64,000 nt of DNA from Pseudomonadota bacterium (lineage in GTDB: Bacteria > Pseudomonadota > Gammaproteobacteria > Arenicellales > UBA868), in assembly GCA_002718155.1 (NCBI GenBank), contig PBDS01000019.1:21227-85226 (forward strand). Direction: 5' to 3'. The position numbers and the translations under genes are program-made. The notes beneath the pieces are model-generated. The model saw nothing but the letters and a program-made list of their open reading frames with translations. It had not been told where the DNA came from and ran no database searches. Positions 1 through 8,228 of the stretch are shown piece by piece; the stretch's first letter is position 1, and each line of letters opens with the position of its first letter.

Positions 1-874
1 TTTTGAGTTCCTCGCAGGCGGCGTCGTACAACGACAGGATCTCGTTGTCGACAACGACCCGTTCGGTGCCGTTCAGCACACCCAGCCGCAGGCCGCTGAC
101 GCCCTGGCTCAGCGCACCGAACAACCCGTCGCCGGTACTCATGTCACGCTCGGTGTCCAGCGGGTGTCGGCCCAGCATGACTTCGAACATCAGCACTGCA
201 TCGGCCACGCTGCGGGTCATCGGCCCGGGGGTATCCAGAGTATGCGAAAGGGGCATGATGCCGTCGGTCGGCAGCAGGCCTTCGGTGGTCTTGAGACCCA
301 CGATGCCGCACCAGCCGGCAGGCAAGCGGACCGAACCGCCGGTGTCGGTGCCGACTGCACAGCCGGCCATGCCGGTCGCGACTGAGACACCCGAACCGCT
401 TGAGGAACCGCCCGGCGTACGCGCCGTGTCGAGGTCCCAGGGGTTGTGCGGGGTGCCCATATGCGTGTTTGTACCCCAGCCGCCCATCGCGACCTCGACT
501 GTTTTGGTCTTGCCGAGAAGGACACCTCCAGCAGCGAGCAGGCGACTGGCGATGGTAGCGGTCGCCGGGGAAACGCGTTCCAGCATGGTCTTTGAACCGC
601 CGGTCGTGATCCGCCCTTCGACGTCGACGATGTCCTTGAGGGCAAATGGCACCCCGTGGAACGGGCCGATGCGATGGCCGCTGGTGCAGGCCCTGGCCGC
701 ACCCTCGGCTCCGGCCATCGCCTCGTCTTCGTAGACCACCTGGAACGCCCCCAGCTGCCCGTCCAGCGACCTGATCCGTTCCAGACAGGTCTCAACGGCA
801 TCCACCGGGTTCATCGACCCGTTTCCTATTCCCCGTGCAAGATCGGTAACGGACAGATAAGTCGAATCGCTCAT
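1..874 (-). CDS. Amidase (amidase-signature family); N-terminal ~291 codons only, 3' end lies beyond the left edge
   Basis: Absent from the ORF track because the frame runs off the window. Hand translation from ATG 874: MSDSTYLSVTDLARGIGNG...GVPFALKDIVDVEG...TPGGSSSGSGVSVATGMAGCAVGTDTGGSVRLPAGWCGIVGLKTTEG. This is the Gly/Ser-rich amidase signature with the ALKD Lys. Track ORFs 3..734(+) and 217..801(-) are out-of-frame shadows. Confidence 0.85.
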   Translation of the reverse strand, partial: MSDSTYLSVTDLARGIGNGSMNPVDAVETCLERIRSLDGQLGAFQVVYEDEAMAGAEGAARACTSGHRIGPFHGVPFALKDIVDVEGRITTGGSKTMLERVSPATATIASRLLAAGGVLLGKTKTVEVAMGGWGTNTHMGTPHNPWDLDTARTPGGSSSGSGVSVATGMAGCAVGTDTGGSVRLPAGWCGIVGLKTTEGLLPTDGIMPLSHTLDTPGPMTRSVADAVLMFEVMLGRHPLDTERDMSTGDGLFGALSQGVSGLRLGVLNGTERVVVDNEILSLYDAACEELK

Positions 875-894
875 GGTTTGGCGCCCTTTCAGTT

Positions 895-915
895 GAGGCG
901 GAGACCCTCCGCCTC
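895..915 (-). other. Intercistronic GC hairpin between the MBL hydrolase and amidase genes
   Basis: gaggcggag-acc-ctccgcctc: perfect 9-bp stem with a 3-nt loop, starting 3 nt after the stop of the upstream minus-strand gene. No U-run follows, so it is an attenuator or stability element rather than a clean terminator. Confidence 0.3.
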
Positions 916-917
916 GA

Positions 918-1760
918 TTAGCTCTTTTGCGGGTCGAGGTCGAGCCGCACCGTCTGGCCGATACCCGGTGTATCCGCGCCGGGGTATCGACTCATCACCA
1001 GCGGGTCATGGCCCGGCACCACGTGATCCGGGGTACTGGCGAGCGCCACCAGGCGCTTGAAACCCTGCAGCATGTCAGAGACATTGTAGACCAGTGGAAA
1101 CGGCGCAGCGTCCTCGAAGTTGGCGTAAAAGTGGCTGGCATCGCTCGCCAGCACCACCCAGCCGCGCGCGGTCATGACCCGCACGCACTGCAGGCCCATG
1201 GTGTGACCGCCGATATGGTGGACCGTCACACCGGGCGCGAGTTCACTGTCACCGCTGTGAAACACCACCCTGCCGCGGAACACCTGACGCACCATCTCGA
1301 CAATGTGGTCCACGGTGTAGGCACCGGCAAAGTAACCCTGGGTCATGTGCGGCCCGGTCGCGTACTGCATCTCGAGTTCCTGCAGATGGAATCGGGCAGC
1401 TGGAAAGTCTTCCAGTGAGCCAGCGTGGTCGTAGTGAAGGTGGGTCACGATGACATCGCTGACCTCGCGCGAGTCGATACCCAGCATGGCCAGACCCTCG
1501 GCGGGCGAGTCACCGTACTCACACACCCAGCTACCGTTGGAGTCCTCGGTTCGCCTGGTCCACTCGGCCCGGTCGAAGCCGGTGTCGACCACAATGGTCC
1601 GGTTGGTATTACGCAATACCCAGATATAGTAGGCAATCGGCTGATCGTGGTCATGTTCAGGGTCTATCCAGCCGCTGACGATGAAGTTCTCGTGGCGTTT
1701 TCGATTCGAGCGCACGGCATAGCACAGGGCGTAGACTTCGTAAGACTCCGGGTCGGCCAT
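918..1760 (-). CDS. MBL-fold metallo-hydrolase, N-acyl-homoserine-lactonase-like
   Basis: 280-aa ORF with the HxHxDH zinc motif (VTHLHYDHAGS), followed by HHIGGHT and PGHD. The layout resembles AHL-lactonase-type MBL hydrolases. Confidence 0.85.
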   Translation of the reverse strand: MADPESYEVYALCYAVRSNRKRHENFIVSGWIDPEHDHDQPIAYYIWVLRNTNRTIVVDTGFDRAEWTRRTEDSNGSWVCEYGDSPAEGLAMLGIDSREVSDVIVTHLHYDHAGSLEDFPAARFHLQELEMQYATGPHMTQGYFAGAYTVDHIVEMVRQVFRGRVVFHSGDSELAPGVTVHHIGGHTMGLQCVRVMTARGWVVLASDASHFYANFEDAAPFPLVYNVSDMLQGFKRLVALASTPDHVVPGHDPLVMSRYPGADTPGIGQTVRLDLDPQKS

Positions 1761-1987
1761 GGTAGTTTCTCCGGTATTCGAGGGTCTTGATCAGAAACGG
1801 CGCTAGGCCCGCGGACTGTCAAGTCTACAGCCAGACAACCCCGCTGGCACGGAACGCCCCGGCTGCAGAACGGCCGCGCCTGTGCCGGGCTGTGGTGATA
1901 TTTCGATCCCGCCGTGGCATGATGATCTGCATCTCGAATGCCTGTCACCAGGCGCTGTACTGTCCACAACCGGCAGGAGAACGAAGC

Positions 1988-2857
1988 ATGACTGAAGGAA
2001 ACACCATCGGCGTTGTCGGCCTGGGAAACATGGGTCTGCCCATCGCATTGAACCTGGTCAAAGGGGGTTACCCTGTTGCCGGATTGGAGATCGACCAGGG
2101 CCGCTGGGAAACTGCCGAAGGGCTCACCTACGTGGCCGATGCGGCGGCGGCACTGGCGAGAACCGACACCCTGCTGCTCAGCCTGCCGGATGGCAAGGTG
2201 GTACAGGCGTTCCTCGCCGGGTTGCTCGAACTGTCACTGCCCGATGCGGTGACGGTCATCGACACCTCGACCATCGGCCCGAAGACCAGTCAGGAAATCT
2301 CCCGGCAACTGGCCGGCACCCCGCTCCGCTACCTGGACAGTCCCGTGTCCGGCGGTGTACACGGTGCCCAAGCGGGCACCCTGGCCGTAATGTGCGCGGG
2401 GTCCCGGGCGCTGTACGACCGGGTCCACCCGGCACTCGCCACCTTCAGCGCTAACCAGTTCTTCATCGGACCTGAACCAGGCCAGGCGCAGGTCCTGAAG
2501 ATCCTGAACAATTTCCTCTCAGCCACGGCACTCGCAGCCTCCAGCGAAGCACTTCTTTTCGGCCAGGCCCACGGCCTGGAGTTGACCCAGATGTGTGATG
2601 TGATCAATGTCTCCACCGGCATGAACACGGCGACCCTCGACAAAATCCCCCGCCAGGTGGCCAGCGGCGAGTACAACACCGGCTTCAGCAACTCGCTGAT
2701 GTACAAAGACATCTCGCTCTACCTGGAACGTTGCCAGGAACTGGGTACACCCGGCAGGATCAGCCAGACGGTCGTCGACCTCTGGGGTGCCTTCACGACG
2801 TTGTCGCCTCAGAGCGATGCGACTAACATATTCCGTTACGTCGACCAAACCCTCTAA
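1988..2857 (+). CDS. NAD(P)-dependent oxidoreductase, 3-hydroxyisobutyrate dehydrogenase (HIBADH) family
   Basis: Track ORF 1787..2857 trimmed to ATG 1988, which is preceded by ggcaggagaa. The N-terminal Rossmann motif is IGVVGLGNMGLPIALNL. Confidence 0.85.
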   Translation: MTEGNTIGVVGLGNMGLPIALNLVKGGYPVAGLEIDQGRWETAEGLTYVADAAAALARTDTLLLSLPDGKVVQAFLAGLLELSLPDAVTVIDTSTIGPKTSQEISRQLAGTPLRYLDSPVSGGVHGAQAGTLAVMCAGSRALYDRVHPALATFSANQFFIGPEPGQAQVLKILNNFLSATALAASSEALLFGQAHGLELTQMCDVINVSTGMNTATLDKIPRQVASGEYNTGFSNSLMYKDISLYLERCQELGTPGRISQTVVDLWGAFTTLSPQSDATNIFRYVDQTL

Positions 2858-2920
2858 CCACCCCGCACCCGTGGCAGCAGCCGCCTGCAACCGGGTCAGG
2901 GCAAGGATTGCTCTCACGTT

Positions 2921-3901
2921 ATGAAAATCTGCATCATCGGTGCCGGCGCGATGGGCGGCCTGTACGGCGCCCGCCTCATCAGGGCGGGCCAGGACGTGTC
3001 GTTCGTCGACAACCGGCAAGACGTGGTCCATAACATCAACCGGGATGGCCTGCACTTGAGCGGAGTCGACGGCGAACACTGGATCCCCGGGCCCGCTTCG
3101 GTCGATGCAGCCGATTTCGCGCCGGCCGATATCGCATTCATTCACACCGACACCAACAACACCGGCAACGCGGCACTGCACGCACAGAAGGTACTGTCGG
3201 CAGATGGCGGCTGGGCGATCACTTTTCAGAACGGCATCGGCAACGTCGAGACCCTGCAGGATGTGCTCGGCCCGGCACGGGTTGTCGGCGGGATCAGCTA
3301 CCACAGCGCGGCCTCACCGGCACCGGGCCACTCCGATCACACCAATGCCGGGCGCACGTTCATCGGCGAGCTGAACGGGGCAGACAGCGGCCGTATTCGG
3401 CAGCTAAACGACCTGCTGACCGGTGCCGGATTCGACGTGAGCGTCGCCGAGGACATCGAGAGCGTTATCTGGAGCAAGTTCGTACTCAACTGCGCAGTCA
3501 ATCCGGTCAGTGCCATGACGGGGCTTCGAACCGGCGAGATCGGCGCCAGCGAACCCGCCAGAGCCTTCCAGCAGGCGATCCTGGAAGAAGTGCTTGAAGT
3601 CGTCCAGGCCAGGGGCATCTCGCTGGGCGACACGGACCCCAGGGCCACGGTGGAAGGGTTTACCGGACGGCTGTTCAATCGCCCGTCGATGCTGCAACAC
3701 ATGGACGCCGGACTGGCGACCGAGATCGATTCGCTGAACGGCGCCGTGGTGCGCGAGGGCCAGAGGCTGGGCGTCGACACCCCGTTCAACCAGGCGCTGA
3801 CCCTGCTGGTCAAAGCCCGCAACGCTCAGCTGATTCAGGCCCTTCACGGGCCGCCGATCGACTACCAGGCCCTGGAAGCCAGCGGCCAGGCTGATACATA
3901 G
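2921..3901 (+). CDS. 2-dehydropantoate 2-reductase (ApbA/PanE) family oxidoreductase
   Basis: 326-aa ORF starting MKICIIGAGAMGGLYGARL (Rossmann). Length and C-terminal helical part are typical of ketopantoate-reductase-family proteins. Confidence 0.8.
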   Translation: MKICIIGAGAMGGLYGARLIRAGQDVSFVDNRQDVVHNINRDGLHLSGVDGEHWIPGPASVDAADFAPADIAFIHTDTNNTGNAALHAQKVLSADGGWAITFQNGIGNVETLQDVLGPARVVGGISYHSAASPAPGHSDHTNAGRTFIGELNGADSGRIRQLNDLLTGAGFDVSVAEDIESVIWSKFVLNCAVNPVSAMTGLRTGEIGASEPARAFQQAILEEVLEVVQARGISLGDTDPRATVEGFTGRLFNRPSMLQHMDAGLATEIDSLNGAVVREGQRLGVDTPFNQALTLLVKARNAQLIQALHGPPIDYQALEASGQADT

Positions 3902-3948
3902 GTTGCAACGAGACAATCACTCAAGTTTTTCTTCGGAGGACCTCGACC

Positions 3949-4845
3949 ATGCCGTATGCCACAACTGACGATGGGATCAAGCTGCACTACGAGATCACCG
4001 GTGCCGGCGATCCGCTGGTGTTCGTCCACGAGTATGCGGGCGACCACCGCAGCTGGGAGCCCCAGATGCGCTATTTCGGCCGTCGCTACCAGTGCGTGAC
4101 CTACGCTGCACGGGGCTACCCGCCCTCGGACATCCCCGACGAGCTGGAGCAATACTCGCAGGACCGGGCCCGGCTCGACATTCTGACCATCCTGGATCAC
4201 TGCGGTTTCGACAAGGCCCACGTCTGCGGGCTGTCGATGGGTGGTTTCGCCGCCCTGCACTTTGGCCTGCATCACCCCGAGCGCGCCCTGTCGCTGGTGG
4301 TTGCGGGCTGCGGCTATGGTGCGGAAAAAAACATGCAGGATCAGTTCCGGGCAGAGGCTGAAGCGACAGCCAGTTTCATCGAAGAGTTCTCCAACGAAGC
4401 GTTCGCCGACAAATATGCCGAGGGCCCGACCCGTGTGCAGTTCAAGAATAAGGACCCCCGTGGCTGGCTGGAATTCAGGAACCAGCTGGCAGAGCATTCG
4501 ATCCGCGGCTCGGTTCTGACCATGCGCGGGGTGCAGGCCCGCCGGCCATCGCTGTACGACCTTGAAGAACAGATGCGAGAGCTCACCGTACCGACCCTGA
4601 TCCTGACCGGCGACGAGGACGAGCCCTGCCTGATTCCCGGGGTTTTCATGAAGCGTCTGATCCGCAGTTCCGCCCTGGTCACGCTGGCCAATGCCGGGCA
4701 CACCATCAACCTGGAAGCACCGGACGAATTCAATCAGGCGGTCGACCAGTTCCTCATCCAGGTCCGCTCGGGCCGCTGGCCGGTACGCGTGGCACCGACC
4801 GAGGCCGGGGGGTCTATTCTGGGGATGAATGAAAAGAAGGCTTGA
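3949..4845 (+). CDS. Alpha/beta-fold hydrolase
   Basis: 298-aa ORF with nucleophile elbow GLSMGG, an N-terminal oxyanion-region HE motif (LVFVHEYAGD), and a C-terminal NAGH. Confidence 0.85.
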   Translation: MPYATTDDGIKLHYEITGAGDPLVFVHEYAGDHRSWEPQMRYFGRRYQCVTYAARGYPPSDIPDELEQYSQDRARLDILTILDHCGFDKAHVCGLSMGGFAALHFGLHHPERALSLVVAGCGYGAEKNMQDQFRAEAEATASFIEEFSNEAFADKYAEGPTRVQFKNKDPRGWLEFRNQLAEHSIRGSVLTMRGVQARRPSLYDLEEQMRELTVPTLILTGDEDEPCLIPGVFMKRLIRSSALVTLANAGHTINLEAPDEFNQAVDQFLIQVRSGRWPVRVAPTEAGGSILGMNEKKA

Positions 4846-4872
4846 CCTGAACGTCAGCCTGACCCATCGATC

Positions 4873-5763
4873 GTGAACGACTCCCGGCCAGCTCGTGCGA
4901 TCGCCCTGATGATCGCCTCGATCGCGTTCATCTCGGTGGTCGATGCGACCTGCAAGGCTTTTACCGACGAACTGCACGCGGTACAGCTGGTGTGGGGTTA
5001 CTTTATCGGTATCCTTACGGCGCTTTGCCTTTATTACAGTGTGCGCCGGGTCGGGTGGCGTGATCTTACCCGTACCGGCCGGCCGCTACTGCTGTGGCTG
5101 CGCTCGGCTCTCCTGGTCGGGTCGATCATGTCGCTGTTCGTCGGCCTGACCTATCTGCCGCTCACCGATGCGACGGCCATCGGCTTCATGGCGCCGCTGT
5201 TCATTACCGCGCTTTCCGTAGTATTGCTCAAGGAGCAGGTGGGGATTCACCGCTGGCTGGCGGTCATCGCAGGGCTGATCGGAGTGGCCATTATCGTGCG
5301 TCCCGGCGGCGGGATCTGGCACTGGGCGGTGATCATGCCGCTGATCGGGGCGCTCTGCTTTGCGCTCTACCAGATCATCACGCGGATGATGACGGCAAGT
5401 GAAACCACCCAAACCATATTGTTCTATACGGGCCTGGGGGGTGTATTCTGGAGCACGCTGGTGGTCATCTTCTTCTGGCGCGAACCCCAGCCCGAACACT
5501 GGCTGGTGTTCTTTGCCACCGGAATCCTCGGTGCGACGGCGCATCTGTGCCTGGTCGAGGCTTTCCGCCGGGCGCAGGCCTCGCTGATCGCACCGTTCAA
5601 TTACACCAAGCTGATCTTCGTCGCCATCCTTGGCTACCTGCTGTTCGATGACGTGCCGACGCTCAACACCCTGGCGGGTAGCGCCGTCATCATCATGGCG
5701 GGCTGCTATGTGCTGTATCGGGAGACCCTCACCACCAGGCCCCGACCCACCGCCAGCGGCTAG
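4873..5763 (+). CDS. DMT-superfamily (EamA-type) permease
   Basis: GTG start; 296 aa, strongly hydrophobic with about 10 predicted helices in two EamA-like halves. Confidence 0.8.
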   Translation: MNDSRPARAIALMIASIAFISVVDATCKAFTDELHAVQLVWGYFIGILTALCLYYSVRRVGWRDLTRTGRPLLLWLRSALLVGSIMSLFVGLTYLPLTDATAIGFMAPLFITALSVVLLKEQVGIHRWLAVIAGLIGVAIIVRPGGGIWHWAVIMPLIGALCFALYQIITRMMTASETTQTILFYTGLGGVFWSTLVVIFFWREPQPEHWLVFFATGILGATAHLCLVEAFRRAQASLIAPFNYTKLIFVAILGYLLFDDVPTLNTLAGSAVIIMAGCYVLYRETLTTRPRPTASG

Positions 5764-5812
5764 TTCATAAGAGCCGCCGCGCCTGACAACTACTTCCAAC
5801 TGTCTCTCTACT

Positions 5813-8110
5813 TTGCAACATCAATCACCAGTCAAGCTGTTGCTATTGTTTCTGGCCGTGCTCCCGGGAGCATATCTCAACAGCTGGGCTTCCGATCAAA
5901 GCAAATTCGAGATCCCGGAATATGTTTCAAACAGTGCTTGCGCCGCCTGCCACATACAAGAGTTCAACTCCTGGTCAGACTCGGATCATGCCTGGGCGAT
6001 GAGACCGGCTGACGACCGGAGCGTGCTTGGTGATTTCAGCGGTACAACGTTCAGTTACTTTGGCGACACAAGCAGGTTCTTCAAACGGGACGGCCGATAT
6101 CTCGTCACTACGGCGGGACCGGACGGTGAACCGCACGATTATGAAATCAAGTACACCTTCGGTATCGACCCTCTCCAGCAGTACCTGATCGAGTTTCCAG
6201 GCGGGCGTCTGCAGAGCCTGAGCATCGCCTGGGACACCCGCCCTGAAACCGAGGGCGGCCAGCGCTGGTTTCATCTTTATCCCGATCAAGAAATCCAGCC
6301 CGGCGACCCGCTTCACTGGACCGGGCCCTACCAGAACTGGAACGGCATGTGTGCCGAATGTCACTCCACCAACCTTGTAAAAGCATACGATGCGACTCAC
6401 CAGCGTTATCAAACCCACTGGAGTGAAGTCAACGTCAGCTGTCAGGCCTGCCATGGGCCAGGCTCCGCACATCTTGAATGGGCGCGACAAAAAGAACAGG
6501 GGATCGAGGTCGGCAGACTCACCAACGGGCTGCTGTCTGTACCCTTATCCGCTACAGAATCGACCGGCATCGAAGGCTGTGCACGCTGCCACGCGCGGCG
6601 CCGGCAGGTCACCGCTGAGAACCGGATTGATCGGCCGTTTCTGGATAATTACCTGCCGGCCACCCTTCGACCCGGACTTTATTTTGCGGATGGACAGATT
6701 CAGGACGAGGTGTATGTCTACGGCTCTTTTCTCCAGAGCAGGATGCATCAGGCCGGAGTCGTCTGCGCGGATTGTCATGATCCGCACAGTGCCCAATTGA
6801 AAGCATCCGGCAACGCTGTCTGCACCCAGTGCCACCAGAGCACGGGCAACCCGCGATTTGCCGGATTACGAAACAAGACCTACGACGGATCCGACCACCA
6901 TTTTCATCCTGCCGGTTCAGCAGGCGCCCAGTGCGTGAACTGCCATATGCCTGCCCGCACTTACATGCTGGTGGACCCCAGACGGGACCACAGTTTCAGG
7001 ATTCCCCGCCCGGACCTCTCTGCCAAGCTCAATTCACCCAATGCCTGTAATCAGTGTCACACGAACCAGAGTGCCAGCTGGGCTGCCAGCACAATCGCCC
7101 AATGGTATGGTCCCGACCGCCGCCGGGAACAGCACTATGGTGAGGTATTTGCTCTCGCCCGGTCCGGCGACGCCAGAGCGATACCGAAACTGATCGCACT
7201 GCTCTCCGACCTTTCCCAACCCGCTATCGTCAGGGCCACCGCCGTAGCGTTTCTGACGCCGGGCGATCTGCCACAGTTCCAGGCCATACTCGATGCCGCT
7301 TATGACCAGGATCCCCTGATCCAGGCGAGTGCCATCCCTGCCCTGAATTCCCTGCCGCCGCGTCAGAAGGCCAAGGCGGCTGGCCCATTGCTGGAAGCCT
7401 CGTCGCTCGCGGTTCGTACCGAAGCCGCCAGGGTTCTGGGCTCGGTCTCACCTGAACTGCTCTCCGCTTTACAACGTCTCCGGCTGAAGGAAACTCTCAA
7501 TGTCTATCGCGCAACCCAACTGGCGACCAGCGACGTCATTCCCGGAGCACACCTCAACCTGGCGGTCCTGGCAGCCGGCCGTGGCCAGCCCCAGCAATCA
7601 GAACAGCATTACCTGAATGCCATTGCCCTGGACCCTTACTTCCTGCCAGCCAGGATCAATCTCGGCAATCTTTACAATGCGCTGCGGCGAAACCGCGAGG
7701 CTGTCCAGGTATTTCGCGATGGCATTGTGCTATCTCCCGACGAAGGAGAACTGCACTATTCCCTGGGCCTGATCCTGGCCGAAGAAAAACAACTTGAAGC
7801 CGCTGTAATCTCCCTGGCCAGGGCATCAGAGTTGCTGCCGGATCGAACGCGGGTGCACTACAACCATGCGCTGGCGTTGCAACATCTCGACCGGCCGGCG
7901 GACGCCGAATCCGCCCTGACCAGGGCCTACCAAACCAACCCTGAAGATCCAGAAGTGCTGCAGGCGCTGGTCATTCTTTACGCGCAGCAGAGAAAATGGG
8001 ATGAGGCCATCGTATACGCCAGACAAATCGTGAAACTTTTCCCCAATGCCTCCGGGGCAAACCAGACGCTGGATCAGCTTCTAAAACTGCGCGACCGGGA
8101 CAACCAGTAA
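5813..8110 (+). CDS. Secreted octahaem c-type cytochrome fused to HEAT-like and TPR repeats
   Basis: TTG start and signal-like N-terminus (KLLLLFLAVLPGAYLNSWA). Eight CXXCH motifs: CAACH, CAECH, CQACH, CARCH, CADCH, CTQCH, CVNCH, CNQCH (DNA ~5939-7060). The C-terminal third contains HEAT-like (ARAIPKLIALLSD...) and TPR-like repeats (HYLNAIALDPYF..., HYSLGLILAEEKQLEAA...). Confidence 0.85.
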   Translation: MQHQSPVKLLLLFLAVLPGAYLNSWASDQSKFEIPEYVSNSACAACHIQEFNSWSDSDHAWAMRPADDRSVLGDFSGTTFSYFGDTSRFFKRDGRYLVTTAGPDGEPHDYEIKYTFGIDPLQQYLIEFPGGRLQSLSIAWDTRPETEGGQRWFHLYPDQEIQPGDPLHWTGPYQNWNGMCAECHSTNLVKAYDATHQRYQTHWSEVNVSCQACHGPGSAHLEWARQKEQGIEVGRLTNGLLSVPLSATESTGIEGCARCHARRRQVTAENRIDRPFLDNYLPATLRPGLYFADGQIQDEVYVYGSFLQSRMHQAGVVCADCHDPHSAQLKASGNAVCTQCHQSTGNPRFAGLRNKTYDGSDHHFHPAGSAGAQCVNCHMPARTYMLVDPRRDHSFRIPRPDLSAKLNSPNACNQCHTNQSASWAASTIAQWYGPDRRREQHYGEVFALARSGDARAIPKLIALLSDLSQPAIVRATAVAFLTPGDLPQFQAILDAAYDQDPLIQASAIPALNSLPPRQKAKAAGPLLEASSLAVRTEAARVLGSVSPELLSALQRLRLKETLNVYRATQLATSDVIPGAHLNLAVLAAGRGQPQQSEQHYLNAIALDPYFLPARINLGNLYNALRRNREAVQVFRDGIVLSPDEGELHYSLGLILAEEKQLEAAVISLARASELLPDRTRVHYNHALALQHLDRPADAESALTRAYQTNPEDPEVLQALVILYAQQRKWDEAIVYARQIVKLFPNASGANQTLDQLLKLRDRDNQ

Positions 8111-8168
8111 CAGAGGGAATATCCGGCCGACCTGTGAGTTTGCTCTGGGTTGGAGCACCCAGCCGGAT

Positions 8169-8210
8169 AAAAAAGGCCCATGGTCATCGGTCGATCACCA
8201 TGGGCCCTTT
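8169..8210. terminator. Bidirectional rho-independent terminator between convergent cytochrome and sulfatase genes
   Basis: Stem 8175-8189 ggcccatggtcatcg pairs with 8192-8206 cgatcaccatgggcc (14 of 15 bp). It is flanked by aaaaa on the left and ttt on the right. On the minus strand the hairpin is followed by ttttta, so it is strongest for the sulfatase transcript. Confidence 0.75.
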
Positions 8211-8228
8211 AGAATCAGAACACGAGAA

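Noticed and set aside
3-801. Track ORFs 3..734(+) and 217..801(-) as genes at the left edge.
   Set aside because: Both are out of frame with the amidase reading frame (minus strand, ATG 874, open to the window edge), which carries the full amidase signature. The two listed ORFs translate to Ser/Pro/Arg-rich nonsense.
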